From positions 1 through 15,754 of the forward strand of contig JAWOFX010000016.1 of assembly GCA_046497275.1 (NCBI GenBank): 15,754 bases of DNA, in the 5' to 3' direction. Source of the DNA: Promethearchaeia archaeon. GTDB lineage: Archaea; Asgardarchaeota; Lokiarchaeia; Sigyniarchaeales; SOKP01. The notes under the pieces were generated by a model that ran no database searches, was not told where the DNA came from, and saw only the letters and a list, made by a program, of their open reading frames with translations. Every line of letters starts with the position of its first letter. Within the stretch, counting starts at the first letter, position 1. A program made the position numbers and the translations under genes. Below, piece by piece: positions 13,773 to 15,754 of this stretch.

Positions 13773-15587
13773 TTAATCAGAATTCATTTCTTCAGATGGT
13801 AATTCAGATTCGGGAGGGATGTATTCACCAATATCAGGAAAAACGATTTTAGCCATCTCCCATGCTTTTTCTGAGGGGTATTTTAGGGCACTCTCAATAA
13901 GCTCTTCTCCTATTTGATTATTTATTTCTACACGATTGATCTCCGGATTGTTATCAAGCATCATTTCATATTTCGCTCCACCAGTACCTTCGGGAACGAT
14001 AACTATTGCTGCATCCAAAACTCCTTCATTTATGGCATCTCTCAGTCTTTTCACGGCGTAATATCCCGCCACGCCAGCACTCCTGTCAAAGGTTTTAATT
14101 GATGGTATTTCCATACCCCATTTTTTGCCTTCAACATCAACTAAAGCCGCAATAGTTTGACTTCTTTTACCCATCATGAATTTATATTCCATTTCGGTAT
14201 TGAATTTTTTCCCACTTTTTTCTCCGATTTTCATAATATTTTTCAAAGTAGCTCCAGCCACGGATTGAGGATTTACTTCAATAGCATATTCTTCTTCGGC
14301 TAAAATCTCCTCAATTTTTTTCTTTACTATTTCTCTCGGCTTGGAAAAATCAATCTCTTCTTCTTCGGGTTCTGGCGCTTTAGTGGTCGCTACAATATCC
14401 ACGCCAGCTTCCATTAATTCCTCAACACTCATCTCTTCCATAACAATCATATCAATGAATCGTTTACATAATTTTATTGAATTACGAGGATTTCCATTAG
14501 TTTTCTCAAATATCATTTCTAATACTTTTTCATTCAGTGGAAAGAGAGGATAAAGTGGAGGATTTAAATTATTTTCATCCCAGAATACTTCCATCGTCTT
14601 TGAATAAAAAATCTTAAGATCATTAAGACTAAAAGGTCTTAATTCTTGTTCGGGTTCCATTCGAGACCTTAAAGGAGGATCTGCGATTTCTAAAATCCTT
14701 GGCCATATCTCTTTCAATACAGCTATTACTATAACTAATCCTTTTACTTCATTATATAACCTTTTTAAAACTTCCAAAAATTTCCGTTCTGCATTCTCCC
14801 CTAACATTCTATAAGGAGATTCTAATTCATCAAAATACAGAATAAGTACTCGATCTAAATTATCGGTTATTATTTTTATCATGGCAAGGCAAATATCATC
14901 ATCCTCTAAAACTGAATTAATCCCAAGTTCATTTAATTCCTCAGGTTCTAAATCTTCTCCAAGAAGCCATCTTTCTGCTAGTGCTTTTCGATTTTTATCT
15001 AATTGATAAGTCACTAAAGCTTTAACACAATCAGCAAAGACCCCAGGAAACTCTCTCAATCCTTTTTGAATAACTTCCTCGATATTAGCCTTTTGAAAAA
15101 TACCACCCTTTTTTCCTCCCCATTTTTCTTTAACTAATTTTTCTGATACAATATCAAGAAGTTCTGGACCACATTCTTCAATTATACAAGTATATACATG
15201 GAGTAAAACACGAATACTCGCGGGGGGACTAGGAACATAAATGATGGACCAATCCACAGGCTCTAATTGGCTAGCTTCTATTTCTTCGGATTCTTCTTCA
15301 TCCAATTTTTTACGATTTTCAATCTCTTTATCTTTAAATGAATGATACGCATGAGTTTTACCAGTTCCAGCAGAGCCTAAGATTGGTAATAGACGTGAGG
15401 ATCTGTCTCTATAAGTTTGACGAACAAGTCTAAATACTTCACGATCAATATAACTTCTTGGTCTTGCTACATCGACAGGATCTCTAATATCACCTCTACT
15501 AACATAGCTACTGAAAGGCATAATAGGACTTTCTCTTAACACTTCCAAGTACATTTCTTTTTCATCATCACTCAAGTCTGCATACAT
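13773..15587 (-). CDS. AAA+ P-loop ATPase (BrxD/DUF2791-like) with C-terminal alpha/beta domain
   Basis: Walker A GSAGTGKT, Walker B LILYFDELE, Arg-finger-like LRSR, lid GNPR, and a helical insert with RWLLGE. GGGAG SD 12 nt upstream, and an in-frame upstream stop fixes the start. Confidence 0.85.
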   Translation of the reverse strand: MYADLSDDEKEMYLEVLRESPIMPFSSYVSRGDIRDPVDVARPRSYIDREVFRLVRQTYRDRSSRLLPILGSAGTGKTHAYHSFKDKEIENRKKLDEEESEEIEASQLEPVDWSIIYVPSPPASIRVLLHVYTCIIEECGPELLDIVSEKLVKEKWGGKKGGIFQKANIEEVIQKGLREFPGVFADCVKALVTYQLDKNRKALAERWLLGEDLEPEELNELGINSVLEDDDICLAMIKIITDNLDRVLILYFDELESPYRMLGENAERKFLEVLKRLYNEVKGLVIVIAVLKEIWPRILEIADPPLRSRMEPEQELRPFSLNDLKIFYSKTMEVFWDENNLNPPLYPLFPLNEKVLEMIFEKTNGNPRNSIKLCKRFIDMIVMEEMSVEELMEAGVDIVATTKAPEPEEEEIDFSKPREIVKKKIEEILAEEEYAIEVNPQSVAGATLKNIMKIGEKSGKKFNTEMEYKFMMGKRSQTIAALVDVEGKKWGMEIPSIKTFDRSAGVAGYYAVKRLRDAINEGVLDAAIVIVPEGTGGAKYEMMLDNNPEINRVEINNQIGEELIESALKYPSEKAWEMAKIVFPDIGEYIPPESELPSEEMNSD

Positions 15588-15671
15588 GGCGTTTTAAAAC
15601 TCCCTTTTACATGATTTTTTATTATATTTTTATTGGAATAATACACTATTATTGAAAATAGTTCTTAAAAT

Positions 15672-15688
15672 AAAACCTATTAGGTTTT
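15672..15688. promoter_or_regulatory. Perfect 17-bp palindrome AAAACCTA-T-TAGGTTTT (candidate transcription-factor site)
   Basis: Seen directly, 85-101 nt upstream of the ATPase start. A degenerate copy lies at 959-975. Confidence 0.5.
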
Positions 15689-15754
15689 TTAAATTCTTAA
15701 GTATTTATATCGAAATTCTTTCTATTAAATTTAATTAAATCTTTCTCTAAATAT

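Noticed and set aside
13914-14553. 62- and 70-aa + strand ORFs
   Set aside because: Antisense to the ATPase; the Ser-rich text is the mirror of the Glu-rich linker.
13773-15587. Call as Orc1/Cdc6 (with a nearby origin) or as a complete BREX system
   Set aside because: The long helical insert and alpha/beta C-terminus do not fit Cdc6 with its winged helix, I see no ORB-like repeats, and no other BREX genes are in the window.
1-15754. CRISPR array, tRNA/rRNA, IS element or provirus
   Set aside because: No regularly spaced direct repeats, no GC-rich structured RNA segment, no transposase/integrase/capsid motifs, and uniform base composition.

Overview
AT-rich (roughly 30% GC by eye), gene-dense archaeal window. 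It is most likely from an Asgard archaeon (Lokiarchaeia/Promethearchaeota-like). This is inferred from an H4MPT/methanofuran formyltransferase, a HEAT+LRR protein, a longin/uDENN-like protein and archaeal TATA/SD signals. Fifteen credible CDSs tile the window: (1) 5'-truncated core methionine-synthase-like (CIMS) protein, (2) hypothetical protein, (3) PIG-L-family deacetylase, (4) CPBP/Rce1-family membrane protease, (5) HEAT+LRR protein, (6) GlcD-like FAD oxidoreductase, (7) GlcF/HdrD-like Fe-S protein, (8) small membrane protein, (9) GH4 glycosidase, (10) URO-D-superfamily protein divergent from it, (11, 12) two tandem transglutaminase-like paralogs, (13) Ftr, (14) longin/uDENN-like + helical protein, (15) BrxD/DUF2791-like AAA+ ATPase with a probable inactive restriction-endonuclease-fold tail. 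I see no rRNA, tRNA, CRISPR array, transposase or integrase. The window reads as a mosaic of short transcription units, not one coherent system. The best leads are the longin-like protein, the orphan ATPase fusion, the GH4/URO-D divergon with a central CG palindrome, several enzymes with non-canonical active-site motifs, and a recurrent AAAACC(T/A) intergenic motif including a perfect 17-bp palindrome. All family calls come from motif recognition only; no database search was run.
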